The notes under the pieces were generated by a model, which worked only from the letters and a program-made list of their open reading frames with translations, was not told the origin of the DNA and made no database searches. A program made the translations under genes and the position numbers. A stretch of 64,000 nt of DNA from Scenedesmus sp. PABB004. Its lineage: Eukaryota. How positions within the stretch are numbered: position 1 is the stretch's first letter; every line of letters starts with the position of its first letter. The DNA lies in contig JABVCE010000018.1 in assembly GCA_014905635.1 (NCBI GenBank), positions 496,001-560,000 of the forward strand, in the 5' to 3' direction. This document shows positions 20,740 through 33,963 of this stretch, piece by piece.

Positions 20740-22879
20740 ATGGACGCCAGCAGCGGCGGCGCCCCCAGCCTGCTGCGCCGTGCGCGGCTGCTGCACGAGC
20801 GCTGGGAGCAGCAGCAGCAGCATGCGCAGCAGCCCCAGCCCCAGCAACAGGCGGAGCAGGCGGAGCCGCAGCAGGAGCACATGCATCAGCAGCAGCCGGA
20901 GCAGCAGGCGCCCGCGGCGGCGTCGCCGTTTGCGCCGCTCGCGGGCCTGCAGCAGGCCTTGCAAACGCTCTCCGACGCTGCCGCGGGCCCCGGCGCAGCT
21001 GCGCAGCAGGGCGGCGGCGGCGGCACGCCGGCGCGCGGTGGCGCGCCCCCGGGCCCGGACGTCGCCGCCGCGCCCGCGTCGGCGCTGCTGCACCAGCTGT
21101 CGCTGCTGACGCAGTCGGCGGCCGCCGCGGCGGGCGGCGGCGGCGGCGGCGCGCCCAGCGCCGACCCGACGCCGCGCGGCTTCACCGCCGCGGCGGCCGG
21201 CACCGGCGCGATCGGCGACGGCGAGTCGCCCGCCGCGGCCGCGGAGCGGCACCGCCTCGCCGGCGCGGGCCAGGGCGGCGTGACGATCGACCTGCAGGTG
21301 CGCCCCCCGCCGCGCGCCGCGCAGCGCGCCCGCGCGCCCGCGCGCCCGGGCCTCCCCGCGGCGGCGCCGCCGCGCCGCGCCGACCGTTGCGCGGCCCGCG
21401 CACCGCGCCAGGCGGTGGCCAAGTGGGTTGAGGCCATGCTGCCCTACATTGTCATACTGCTGGCCCTCTTTGTTTACAACCACTGCACCGGTGCGCCTGA
21501 GCAGCCGGCTCAGCGGGGCGGGGGCCCCAGCTCGGCGGGGCGGGGCGCGGCGACGGCCGGGGTGGCTGGGGGGGCTGTAGGCGCGCGGAGGGCGGGCGCA
21601 CCGCCCGCTCTCCTGACCGCGCCGCCGCCGCCGCCGCCGCCGCCCGGCAGGCATCTTCCTGTGCGCCTGGCTGCTCGCCTCGCTGGTCAAGGCCAACCAG
21701 CTCATGCGCCGCACCGTCGCGCAGCGCCTCGCGCCGGGGCAGCTCGCGGCGGCGCTGCTGTACATCGTCGCCAACGTCGCGGTCGTGGCCTGGCTCGCCG
21801 AGGGCCAGCGCCTGCGCCGCTCGCTGCTGCTGCGCCCGCCGGCGGCGCCCATCACGGTGCGCGCCCCGCGGCGCGGCGCGGCGCGGCGCGGCGCGGCGCG
21901 ACCCCCACGCGCCCGCCGACCCCGCGCGTATCGCGCCGCCGCCGCCGCCGCGCAGGTGTGGCAGGCGGGCTTCCTGGTGCTGGTCGCCGACTCGCTGCTG
22001 CGCTTCTGCGGGCTCGCGCCAAAGCTGCTGGTCGTCGCGGCGGTGCAGGCGGCCGCACGGCGCCGCGGCAGCAGCGGCGGCGGCCTGAGCGCCGGCGGCG
22101 CCGGGCCCGCCGGCGCCGCCGGCGCGCCGCGCGCCCTGAGCAGCACGCGGCGGCAGGCACGCTTGCTGACGCTCGTAGAGTATGCGCTGGGCGCGTTCAG
22201 GGCCGTGGTGCCCATCCCGGTGTGGTGAGAGGCCCGCGCCGCGCCGCCGTCTCAGTGAGGCGCGCTGCCGGCCGCGCCGCCCCGCGGCCCTGAGTGCGCC
22301 CTGCGGCCTCCCCCCCCCCCCCCCCCAGGTTCACGTACCTGCTGGGCTGCAGCGTGAACCAGCTGCTCTGCAGCCTCCTCGCAGGCTTCTACCTGGTGAG
22401 GGGCGCGCCCTGGCCGCCGTGCAGGCTTGTGCCCGCCGCCGCCGCCGCCGCCCCCGCCCCAGCCGCCGTCCCGTCGCCGCGCCGCCGCGCAGACGTTCAA
22501 GGCGTGGGCGCTGGTGCAGCACGGGCAGCTCGTGTTTGTCGCCGGCCAGCTCGCGCTGCGCGGCTCGTCGTCGTACGGGCGCCTGCTGCGCAAGAGCGAG
22601 GCCGGCGACGCGTGCTGCCCCGTCTGCCAGGTGCGGCGCAGCCCGCGCTGTGCGCCGCGCGCGCGCCGCCGGCCCTCGAGCGGTGTGCCCCGCGGCGCGC
22701 AGGAGCCGGTGGTGACCGCACTGCGGCTCGACTGCAGCCACGTGTTCTGCGAGGCCTGCATCAGCGAGTGGCTGGAGCGCGATCGCACGTGCCCCATGTG
22801 CCGCGCGTCGGTCGTGGGCGAGCCTCGGCTCGCGAGCTTCGGCGACGGCGCGACGAGCCTGCTGCCGCAGCTGTTCTGA
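20740..22879 (+). CDS. RING finger and transmembrane domain protein (RNFT1-like E3 ligase)
   Basis: Several TM segments (LPYIVILLALFVYNH, VVPIPVWFTYL). C-terminal RING CPVCQE..LRLDCSHVFCEACISEWLERDRTCPMCR..DGATSLLPQLF. Confidence 0.88.
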
Positions 22880-24452
22880 GGGACGGCGGCGGCGCGGGGG
22901 GCCCGGTGTGACCGTCACATGCATCGCCGTTCACCAACCATCGACTCGCGTTCGTGTTTCTCCCCCTCGAGCCCTGTATCACCTGTGCTAGCCGACGCCG
23001 AGGGACCCCCGGGCAGTGGCACAAAGCTCGCCGGCAGCAGTGCGCTTGGGTGGTCACGGTTCCCGTCCCGCGGCGCGCTGGACACGCGGCCGGGACAGCA
23101 GGCGCTGACCACAACGCCAGCAGCGCAACGAGTTCAGCACAGTCCCGGCAGCAGCAGCAGTTCGCCGCCCCGCCGTGGGGGGCTTGATTGTGATTCAACC
23201 CAGCGGCGGCGGCGCGCGGGCGCCCCGACCCCCGACCCCCCCCCCCGACACACATGCTGCCATGCCAACTAGGTGGCCAGGCTGGCCGCAGGGGAAGGGG
23301 TGTGCGCGCGCACATGCCGAGGCGGCGCGCGTCCCGTCCCGTGCGACAGGCCAGGGCTCCCCGGCGGCGGTGCAGGCACGGCGGCCTGGGTGCCTGCTGG
23401 GTGAGCGCGTAAGAGATTTGGGGGGGCGGGCCCTTGACCGCGCAGCCGCCCGCCTGGTTGGTTGCGGCCACCGCCGCCCCTGCCGGCCCCCGGCTGGGGC
23501 CACAGCAGTGCTGCCAAGGTGCGGGAGCACGCCGCCCGCGTGTGGTCAACAGCCACACACATGCCTGGATTGCCTGGCGCAGCCGCTGCGGCCTGCCGGG
23601 GTGATGAGGATGACGGCGCAGCCGCTGGCAGGGTGCGTACGTAGTACGTACGTACGTGCGGGCGACAAGGCGGGGTGCGTTAGGTGGTGGCTCTCGCTCT
23701 CCGCACACGCACACGCCCGGCGCACAAACGCGCCTTCCAAGGCCAAGTCGGCCCCTCGACTCGGCCCGCGCGGTGCGCGCCGCCGCGCTCGCACACACAG
23801 ACCAACCGAGAGCCAAAACAATGGGCGGCGTGGGCGCCCCAATGGCCGAGGCAGGGTGGTGTTCCGCCCGCCGCGCGCGGGGTCCGGCGCTCGGGCAGCG
23901 AATGCCCTGCGTGCAGGCGACACGGCGGCGCCTACCCGCCGCGCAGACGCGCGTGTCGTCGCCCGCGGGGCCGCGCGCACGCCCGGATGTGCACACGTGC
24001 ATGGCGCGCATGCATCTCACCGCGAGGGGCCGCGCGAGGCCAAAACGAGCAAAAACTGCTGGCGGTGTGGGGCGGCGGGCGCCCCCGACCTCGGACCAAG
24101 CCCGCCGCTGCGTGCGTGCGTGCGTGCCGCATACAAACAACCGCAATCCGGTGGCCTCCTCTGCCACGGCAATGCTGCCAAGAATCGGGCCGATGGCCAC
24201 GACAGCCGCCCCTGCTGCAAATCAAATCAGCGCGGCAACTCTCCCGCTGCGGTCGTATTGCAGCGCTGCGCCCGCGAGCGCAGGCCCGCCTCTCCGACAC
24301 ACACGCGGCGGGCCGCCAGTGGCCCGGCCGCCCCTGGAAGCCGGGCGCACATGCTCTCCGGGCCCAGCTCGAGCCAGCGCCGCGCCGGGGGCGCGGCGTG
24401 GCGGCGCGGGAGCACGATCCAGCCCCGCGCTGCGGCCGTGCTGCTGCTCGCG

Positions 24453-26354
24453 TCATGCCGGCGCCGCCATGGCGCCAAAGGTGAGCAGGTTGAGCTGCTG
24501 CTGCAGCTGCGACGCCTCGCCGCCGCCCGCGGGCGCGGCCATGCCGGGCAGCTGCTGGCCGCCCTGGCCGTGCGCCGCAAAGCCCCCCGCGCCGCCGGGG
24601 AGCAGCGCGCCCTGCGGCGCAAAGCCGCCCTGGCCTGGGGCCGGCCCCGCCAGCGGCAGGCCCCAGCCGGGCTCGCCCGCGCCGCCGGCCGCCGCCGCCG
24701 CGGCGAGCGCGGCCATGCCGTGCGCGCTGCTGAGCGCAAACGCCGACGGCCCGCACAGGCCGCCGGGCTCGCCGCCCCAGCCCGCCTGGCCGCCGCCGAG
24801 CGGCGCGTCAGTGCCGCAGTGCGCGCCCTGCATCGACGCGAGCTGCGCGAGCAGGTGCGTCCGCAGCGCGCCGCCGCTGTCGGGGGCAAAGCCTGCTGCG
24901 TAGCCGCAGCCGGGCGGGCCGAGGTGCGCCAGCGGGCTGGCCGCGCTCATGGGCGACCCCGGCGCGCCGCCCGTGAGCGGCGTGCCGGGCGAGGCGGGCG
25001 CGCGGAAGGAGGCGAAGCTGGCGTAGCTGCCGCTGCCGTCGGCCGCCATCGGCGTGCTGCCGAGCGCCGCGAGCGGGCCGCTGTCCCAGCCGCCGCCGCC
25101 GCCGTACGCGCCGCCGCCGAGCGGGCCGCCCAGCTGCGGCGCCGACACGACGATCGCTCCGAGCGGCGCACCGCCCGGCGGCAGCAGCCCGCCGTCGCCG
25201 GCGGCGTGGTGGTGGTGCGCCTGGGGGCCGCCGCCGCCGCCGTAGGCGAGCAGCGGCCCGCCGCCGCTGGGGGCCATGTAGAGCGCGCCGCCGGCGGCGC
25301 CGAGGCTGCCGCCGCCGGCAGCCCAGTTGTTGCGCAGCGCGGCGGCCATCATGCTGCTGGTGCTGTTGGTGCTGCACACGCTGTGGGGCGTGCCGACGCT
25401 GTCGGCCGAGTCGAGCGAGTGCGCGCGCGGCAGCGCCGGCGGGAGGGCCTTGCTTGGCATGCGCAGCTCGGTGGGGCAGTGAGCGAAGAAGCAGAACTTG
25501 CGGCTGCACGACGCGCCAAAGCTGCACAGCGCGGTGCGGTAGCGCTCGGGGTGCAGCCAGGCCTCAAACGTGTTCTGCGCCGCGGCGGCGGCGGCGGAAA
25601 GGGGTCGGCGCGCGGCGCGGCGCGCGGGCGGCGGCGCTGCAGGGCACTCACGTGAGCGTACGCGCACTTGTCGCCAAACGGGCACTCCAGCTTCTGCGCG
25701 GGCCGCCGCGGACAGCACGCCGGCGGCAGCGCGCGGGTCGGTCACTCATTGCCGCGCGCGCCGCGCGGCGCTGCCTCATGTCGCACGGCGGGGCGCAGCA
25801 CGCGGCGTGGCGCGCACCTTGTTTACGTATTCGCACATGTCGGGCTTGTGGAAGTAGGGGTGCCGCCGGCGCGCCGAGACCTCGCCGACGTGGCAGAAGT
25901 GGCAGAGCTTCCAGTTGTGCGTCGAGACGCGCGAGCAGGGGACCATCTGCGAGCGGGCGCGGCAGCGGCGGCGCGCGCGAGGTGACGCGCGGCGCAGGGC
26001 CCGGGCGCCCGCGCAAAAGCATGAAGTGTGTGCGTGCACCCGTCCCCGCGCACGCCGGCGCCGGGGCACTCGAGAAAAAGAGGGAGTGCAGTGCGGGGCG
26101 CGTTCCCACCCCGAGGCGCTGGCGCGGCTGCTGGTCCGCGTGAATGCGTCAGGGCGCGTGCTTCGCCCAGGAACACGCCGCCGCGGCCACGCAGCGCGGC
26201 GGGCGGCCCGAAACGCAGCGCAACCACCGCGCGGGAGGCCGCGCACCTTGTAGCTGTACATCATGTATGACTCGTCGAGCGGCAGCTTGTTGACGCGCAC
26301 GCCCGCCGGCTTTTTGGCCGGCCGCGCGCCGTCGGCCAGTGGCTGCTCCATCAT
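24453..26354 (-). CDS. Tandem CCCH zinc-finger (TZF-like) RNA-binding protein
   Basis: YMMYSYKMVPCSRVSTHNWKLCHFCHVGEVSARRRHP; CEYVNK|KLECPFGDKCAYAH|NTFEAWLHPERYRTALCSFGASCSRKFCFFAHCPTELR. Confidence 0.9.
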
Positions 26355-27398
26355 GCTGCCCCGCTCCCTGCGCGGCTGCTGGCCCTGAACGGCGCGGGGC
26401 GCTCTCCGGCGCCGTAAACTGAGCACGCGGGTCGCCCGGACCGGCGGCCAGGGGGCGAGGACGCGGGGCGGGGGAGCGAAGTACGCGGCTCGGGGTGGCA
26501 AAAAACCGCGCAGTCGGCAACGCGGGGGCCGCGCTGGGTGGCCTGGAGTGGCAGGGCGGAGGCCAGGCGCCCGCACTTGGGGGGCAGCGCCACCAACCAA
26601 AAAAATGGCGGCGCGACGGCGCTGGTGACGCTGCGCGCGGGTGTGACGCCGCTCGCTGCCGCTGCCGCCGGAGTGCTCCTCGACTGCGCGCGCGCTGGGA
26701 TCGCTCTGATCGCTGCTCCTGATGCTGCGCAGGCCGCGCGTCACACTCTGCCATGAGCGCGGGTGCCGAGGCTTCTCTTTCTTTCCACTGCGCGCGCCGT
26801 GCCGGGGCGGCCGCCCGCGCGTGCCCGCCCGCCGCCGGCGCGCGCAGAAGACAGCCCGGCCCAGGGGAGTGACAACAGCTTGTCGGAGGAGAGGAGAGTC
26901 AGTGCGTGTGTGCATCGAACACAAAACCCCCGCTGCGCGGGGCGCGGCCCGCCGCCGCGCCCGCCTGCTGTACACAGTCCGCAAGTGCTGCATGCGGCGA
27001 GTGCTGCTCATGCCGCGCGCGGCGCGCACCCGGCTTGCGCCGCCGCCCCCCGCACCGCGCTACGGGCACAAAAAACACCAGCATTTTTAGCGCAAGCCCT
27101 CCGCCGCCGCTGAGCTATCCGCACCACACCAACGCGGCGTGCGCGCCGTCGACGGCACACGCACGCCCCCCGCTCCCCCTCCCCCCTCCTGGGCGAGGGC
27201 CGGGCCCTCGCCCAGGGCTGCCGGCCCGCCCCTTCAGCCTGCGCCCGGCCGCCGACCGGCGCTCGCCGCCGCCGGGGCGCGCGTCGCTGCGCGGCCTCCG
27301 CCGGCAGCGCCGAGTCGGTGTGCCCCACGCCCCGCCGCGCACGCGCACGCGCGCAGTGCGCCCGACGGAAACCTAGCGGGCCCCCTGCCCCCGCCGCC

Positions 27399-30300
27399 TC
27401 AGCCCTCCGGCGCGGCCGGCGGCGGCGGCGCCGCGGCCGCCGCTGCGAGGTGCTCGCGGTCCTGGCTCGCGCCCGAGAGCTGGCTCATCTCATACAGCGC
27501 GCCGCCGTCCTCGAGGCCCGCAAAGCTGCCGCTGTGCGCGCTGCCGCCGCTGAAGCCGCTGGGCATGAACTCTTCCATGAGGCTGGGCGTGAGCTCGTGG
27601 CCCAGCTCGCCGACCTCCGCGACCGGGCCGCCGCCGTGCAGCGGCGCCGCCGCGGCGGCCATCTGCTGCGCCTGCGCGTGCTTCAGCGCGTCGAGCTGGG
27701 CCGCCATGTCCTCCAGGCGCTGCACGATGTCCTCGAAGCACGGCCTGGCCGCGGCGGCGGCGGCGCGGCGGCGGCGGCAGCGGCAGCGGCGGCGGCGGCG
27801 GGCGCGCGTGAGCCGCGAGCGCGGCGCGCGGGCCGCGCGCGCGCGCGCGCCGCCGCGCGCGCCCGCCCGCCCGCGCCCCGCGCGCGCGCATGGCACGCGC
27901 ACCGCTCGCCCGCCTCCTGCGCCCAGCACGCCTCGGCGAGCGCCGTCACCGGCTGGCAGCAGCCGCCCGGCCACGCCGGCCGCCAGCCCTGCTGCGCGAC
28001 CTTGTGGGCCAGCATGCCCACGGGCGTGCCGCTGTAGGGCCGGCGCCCCGTGGAGAGCTCCCACAGCAGTATGCCGTACGCGTACACGTCGCTCGCCTTG
28101 CTCGCGCGGCCGTGGAGGAGCAGCTCGGGGGCCATGTGCGTGAGCGTGCCCATGTGCATTTGCGAGACGTGCGTGTCGGCCGGGCCGAGCGTGAGCGACA
28201 GACCAAAGTCGGCGACCTTGGCCATCAGCCCCAGCCCCCCGCCGAGCAGCTGCCCCTGCGCGCGCCGGCGCGGCGCGCCGCCCGACGACGCGCCGCCACC
28301 GCTCGCGCCGGCGGGCGCCGCCGGCGCGTCGGGCGCCACGGGCAGGCGCGGCGCGGTGCGCTTGAGCAGCACGTTGGACGCTTTGAGGTCGCCTGGCGGC
28401 CGGTGGCGGCGCGGCGCGGGCGCGGGCGGTGAGCCGCCGCCGCCGCGCCCGCTGCGCGCGCTGCGCGCGATGCGCCCGCGCGCGCCCTGCCGGCGCCTCA
28501 CTGCGGCGCGCACCGTGCAGCAGGTGCTCGCTGTGCAGGTGTATCATCGCGCAGGCGACGTCGTGGGCGAGGAACAGCACGCACTCGAGCGCGGGCAGGC
28601 CGGTGGTGCGGTCGATGACGAGCTTGTGGTCCAGCGCCGTGCGCAGCGAGCCCTGGCGGCGCCCGGCGCAGCGGCGGCGGCGGCGGCGGCGGCGTCAGCG
28701 TGGCGGCGGCGGCGCCAGCGCGCCAGCGCCAGCAGCGCCGGGGCGTGCGGCGCCGCACCGCGTCACAAAACTCCATGACCAGCCGCAGCTCCCAGCCCAC
28801 CAGCACCGGCCCCGGGCGGCTGGCGTCGCCACCGCTGCCGTCGCGGTCGCCGTCGCTGCTCGCGTTGCTGCTGCTCGCTGCCTGGCCGGCGCCGCTGGCG
28901 CCGCCCGCCGCCGCCGGCAGCGCCGCCGCCGCTGCGGCGGCCATCTCCGGTGTGAGCTTGTTCAGCTTGTTCAGCTCCACGCCCGCCAGCGACTGGCTGC
29001 TGTCGTTGAGCGCGGCGCCGCAGCTGCGGCTGCCGTGCTGCACGTTTGAGCCTGCCGTCAGCGGCGGCGACTCGGCGTGCTGCTGCTGCTGCTGCTGCTC
29101 CTGCTGCTGCTGCTGCTGCTGCTGCGCCGGCTGCCCCCGCGCGGGGCTGCCGGGCGCCTGCCCGTTGGCGCCAGCGCCTGCTGGCGGCGGTTCGGGCTGC
29201 TGCTGCGCCTGCTGCTGCTGCGCCTGCTGCTGCTGTAGCTGCGGTCGTCGCGGCTGCTCCAGCCCCGCCTGCTGCTGCAGCAGGAGCTGGTCCTGCAGCG
29301 GCCGCAGCTCCGGCGCCAGCTGCTGCTGCAGCGCCGGCAGCCCGGGCTGCTGCTCCGGCTTGCTTGTGCGGCGCGCGATGCTGCGCTGCCCGGGGCTCGT
29401 CAGCGGCTGCAGCACGTAGGTGTAGACCTGCGCCGCGGCGGCGGCGGCGTGCACGGGTGGGCGGCTCGCCACGCGTCGCTCCCGCGCCCGGCGCGCCCCG
29501 CCGCACGGGAGCCCCGCTGCAGGAAGGCGCGCGCCCGCGCGCGCGCGCGCTCGCCGCCGCACCTGCACGATGTTGGGGTGGCTCATCGTCGTGCTGACCA
29601 CCGCCTCCATGACCGCCATCTTCTCCCGGTGGCTGCTCACGCGCCCGATGCCCATCCAGGGCGCGACGTCGCCGCTGCCCGCGCTCGCGGGCAGCTGCAG
29701 CACCTTGACCGCGACGCAGCGCCGCCGCCAGAGGGCCTTGTAAACCTGACCAAACGTGCCCTGGCCGACGAGCTGCAGCAGCTTGAGCTCACCCAGCGCG
29801 GTGGGCCCCGCCATGGCCGCCAGGCCGCGGCGGCCCGCCGGCGCCGCCAGCGCGCCGGCGGCCGGCGACGCGCGCGCGAGCTGCGCCGCGCCGCCCTCGG
29901 CGGCGGCGCCGCCGTCCGCCGCGGGCGCCTCGCCTGCGAGGCTGGCCGAGCTCACCCCGGACGCGGCGTCGACCGCCGAGCCAGACGCGCGCGACACGGC
30001 GCTGTCGCGCGCAAGCTGCTGCTGCGCCGTCGCCGCCGCCGCCGCGGCGTGCTGGCTGCCGCTGGCCTCGCCGCCCTCGCGCTGCGCCGCGAGCGCGCCC
30101 AGCGGCGACGGCCGGCCCAGCGGCGCGCTGGCCGCCGCTGCCGCGGCGGCCGCGGCCGTGGGCGTGCCGAGCGCGTTGCCGTTGGCGACGTGCAGGCGCC
30201 GCGAGAGGACGTCCTGTGACATGGTTGTGATCGCGCTGTGCAGGCGCTGCAGGCACGCGTCGCTGACCATGCTCGCGCTGCGGGTGCCGCCGGCCGGGCC

Positions 30301-31933
30301 GCGGCCGCCGCCGGCCTCCAGGTCGTGCGGCTCGCCGCCGCCGAGCTGGCTGCGCGCCAGCTCCACGGTCAGCGCCGCGCGGTCAGACAGCGGGTAGCTG
30401 TCGCTGCTGTCGTGCACCGGCGCGTCGAGCAGCGCGGAGCTGCCCGACAGCGCCAGCAGGCCGCCGCCGCGCGCGCCGCCGCCGCTGCCGCGGCGCACGC
30501 CGCTGCTGCCGCCGGAGCCGCCGCCGTCGCTCGTGCCGCCGCGGCGCGCGCTGCCCGCCTTGAGCTCCGCCGCCGCCGCGGCCGCGGCGAGCGCCTCGGC
30601 GTTGCGCCGGCGCCAGAGCATCACGGCGAGGATCGCGAGCACCGTGACGACGACCGCGATGACGAGGCACACGGCGAGCACGACGACGAGCGAGTCGCTC
30701 AGCCGCCGGCCCGCGCCGGCGGCGGGCGTGGCGCCGTTCCAGAAGCCCTCGGGCGGGCCGTCCTGGTTCCAGCCCGCCTCGAGCCGCACGCGCATGCTGT
30801 GCGCCTCGAGGCCGGGCCCGGTGTAGTGCGCGACGGCGAGGCCGTTGGTGCCCATGTCGACGACGCTGTCAAAGCGCATCGCCTGCCCGCCCGAGAGGCT
30901 GATCACGAAGCTCGTCGCGTCGCCGTTGTTGCCGGTGAAGGAGCGGATGTAGCTGTACTCGGCCGCCGGCACCCAGACCGTGACGTTGGAGAGGACGACG
31001 CTCGGCGTGCCCGCCGCGCGCGGGAAGGCCCACAGCAGGTGCGTCCACACCTCGGGCGTCTGCATGTCGGCGCCGGGCGCGCGCGCGGCGGCGCCCTGGC
31101 CGAGGTGCTGCAGCACGGCGTTGACGAGCGTGAGCGCCCCCGCCGGCGCGTCGGGCGGCAGGGCGACGAGGTCGATGCTGTACCCCATGTCCACCGTGAT
31201 GGGCGGGTCGACGATGCCCACGAGCGCCTGGGGCGCAAGCGTGCCGCGCGCGAGCTCGCCGCGCAGGTGCGCGCGCAGCGCGGCCTCGCCCGCCGGCTCG
31301 AGCGCGGGGTCGGTCGCAAAGCTCAGGTTGGAGGTCAGCAGCGCGACGTCGGCGCCGCTCCCGCCGCGGCCGGCGCCGACGCCGAACACGCCGCGCGCGT
31401 CGACGCGCAGCAGGTCGGGCTCGGCAGCGCCGTCGCCGCCGCCGCCGCCGGCGCGCGCCGGCAGCGGCAGCCGCGGCGCGACGAGCGGCGTCGACGTGAC
31501 GTTGCAGTCGAGCAGCGTCATCGCGGTGCTGCGCATCACGTCCGTCCACACGCGGTCGCCGTCGGGCTCCCACGTCACGTCCCACGCCGAGACCTCTGAG
31601 CTGAGCGGCGCGAGCACGGCGTCAAAGCCTGCGGGCTGGACCTTGAACAGCGTCGCGCGATAGAGGTACTCCTCAACCTCCAGCGCCGACAGCACCAGGC
31701 TGCAGTTGTGCAGCGCGAGCCGGCTCGACGACCTGCGGCCGCGGCCGCGGCGCGCGAGCGCGTGAGCGCGTGAGCGCGCGGCGCGGCGGCGCGGCGAGCG
31801 GTGCAGCGCCGCCCCGCCCCGCCCCGCCCGGCGCCACGCGGGCGCCGCCGCCGCCGCCGCCGCCGCGCGGCTGCAGCGTCCGCCGCCGCCGCCGCGCTGC
31901 GCCGCCGCCGCCGCCGCCGCCCGCCGCCGCGCT

Positions 31934-31964
<31 letters not shown>

Positions 31965-31967
31965 GCT

Positions 31968-32001
<34 letters not shown>

Positions 32002-33464
32002 GCCGCACCGGGGGAAGAGGAAGGGCCAGACGTTGTAGCTCAAGTCGAGGCTGTAGTTGCCCGCGTAGGGCGCGCTGCGCGCGTCGCCGGGCGCGAGGTT
32101 TTCGAGCACGAGCGCCGCGAGCGTCGCGGCCGACCACGGCCCGAGCAGCAGCAGGCCGTTGACGGCCATGCCAAAGTCGACGCCCGTCGGCACCGTCACG
32201 CGGCCGACGAGGAACACGGGGCGGTTGATCGGCAGCCCGCCGCCGCCGCCCGCGCCGCCGCCCGCGCCGCCGGCGAGCGAGACGTTGGACGCGACGTACA
32301 CGAGCAGCGGCAGCGCCGTGCTCGCCGCCGCGGCGGCCCGCAGCACCGCCACGGGGCCCGCCGCGTTGGAGGGCAGCACGTAGTTCAGCCCCGCCGCGGG
32401 CGCCGCGCCCGCGAGCGACGACGGCGGCAGGCCGGTGTCGAGCAGCAGGCCAACGTTCTGCGCAAACGTCTCGTCGTCCGCCCAGTACGCCACGTGCACA
32501 AACGTCGCGTTGTCCTGCGGCGCGGCGCAGCGGCAACAGCAGCAGCGGCAGCGCGCGGGCGCGCGAGCGCGTGAGCGCGAGAGCGCGCGAGCGGCGCGCC
32601 AGCACGTGCGCGGTCCCTGCTGCCGCCGCTGCCGCTGCCCGCCGCCGCCGCGGCGCACGCGGCGCGCGCGGCGCACCGTGTAGATGAGCGTGTCGGCGTC
32701 GGCCCTGAAGAAGCGAAGGTAGGCCTGCAGCGTCCCGGCGTCCACGAGCAGCTGCACGTCCTGCAGGTACAGCCGCCGCGGCGCGCTGCTGCCCGGCTGC
32801 ACGCCCGGCTGCAGCAGCCCCACGGGCCACAGCACCTGCTGCTTGCCCGCCGGGTCCGTCAGGGCGAATTTGGACAGCACCAGGTCGCTGACGACCATGC
32901 GCGCGGGGCCTGGCGGCAGCGTGTGCGGCAGCAGCAGCGGCGGCAGCGGCAGCAGCAGCGGCGGCGGGCGCGGCGGGCGCGGCGATCAGCCGCTGCATCG
33001 GGGCGTGGGCGTGGCGCCAGCGGGCCCCCGCCCGCCCGCCGCGCGGCCGCGCCCGCCGCTGCCGCCTGCGCGCGCGGCCTGCAGCAGCGGCGCTGCTGCG
33101 CGGGCGTCGCCGCGCCGCGCCGGCGCCGCCCGCCCCCGCGCCGCGCCGGCGCCGCACCTGAGCTGCTGGTGGGGATGGGGCCCGGCTCGTAGGTCACCAC
33201 GGGCACCGCCAGCGCGCTCTGGCCGGCGTCCAGGCCCTTGCCTGTGAGGGTGGCCACGAAGTGCACCGCCGGCCGCCAGCGGCAGTCCCAGGGCACGACC
33301 ACGGACCCCCCCAGGCCCGGGTAGCCCGCGGGCACCGCCTCCGCGCAGTAGCGCGCCGAGCTGGCCCCGGCGGGCGCCTGGGCCCGGCCATGGCGCGCGC
33401 AGAGCGCGGCCAGCAGCAGCAGGGCCACGCCGCGCGCCACGGGGCGCGCCCGGGCGATGCCCAT
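27399..33464 (-). CDS. Single-pass receptor-like Ser/Thr (TKL/MAP3K-like) protein kinase
   Basis: N-terminal signal peptide (VALLLLAALCA), long ectodomain, TM (LVVVLAVCLVIAVVVTVLAILAVMLWRRR). Kinase motifs GQGTFGQVY, VAVK, HPNIVQ, LVMEFCD, HGDLKASNVLL, KVADFGLS, HMAPE, SDVYAYG. Confidence 0.88.
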
Positions 33465-33963
33465 CGGCGCGGGGCGCCCTCAAGCGGCGCCGCCCATGAC
33501 CTCCTGCGCGAGAGGGGCCGGCGAGTGCGCGCCGCGCTCCCGCGCTGTCGGAGCCGCGCTGCCGGCGGTCGAGGTCGGCGCGATCACACAGGCCTGGCGC
33601 GCCCGATCCCAGCGCGCGCAGGCAGGCGAAGCTGCCGGGACGCAGGGGCGGGTTCTTCAGTCCTCTGCCGCGCTGCCGCTGCGCAGCCCGGCCGGGGCGC
33701 GCCGGGAGCGCGCGCAGCCCCGCAGCGCCACCGCGGCGGCGCGCCGGCTGCCCGCGCGGGGGCCACCGCCGCTCGCTCGTTCGTTCACAGGCCGCGGGCG
33801 CGGCGGCCTCGCGCTGGCTGCGCCCTGCCGCCCCCTGCTGCACACACGCCCCCCGCGCTCGCCGCCGGGCCGCCGAGGCGCGGCGCTTGCGCAGCATCGC
33901 GCCCCGCCCCGCGCCGCGCCGCGCCGGCGCGCGCCCAGCGCCCTGCGCGATCTCCGCGCGCAG

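Noticed and set aside
23636..23657. Palindromic gtacgtagtacgtacgtacgt tract
   Set aside because: Short (GTAC)n microsatellite in a 3' intergenic region with no supporting context.
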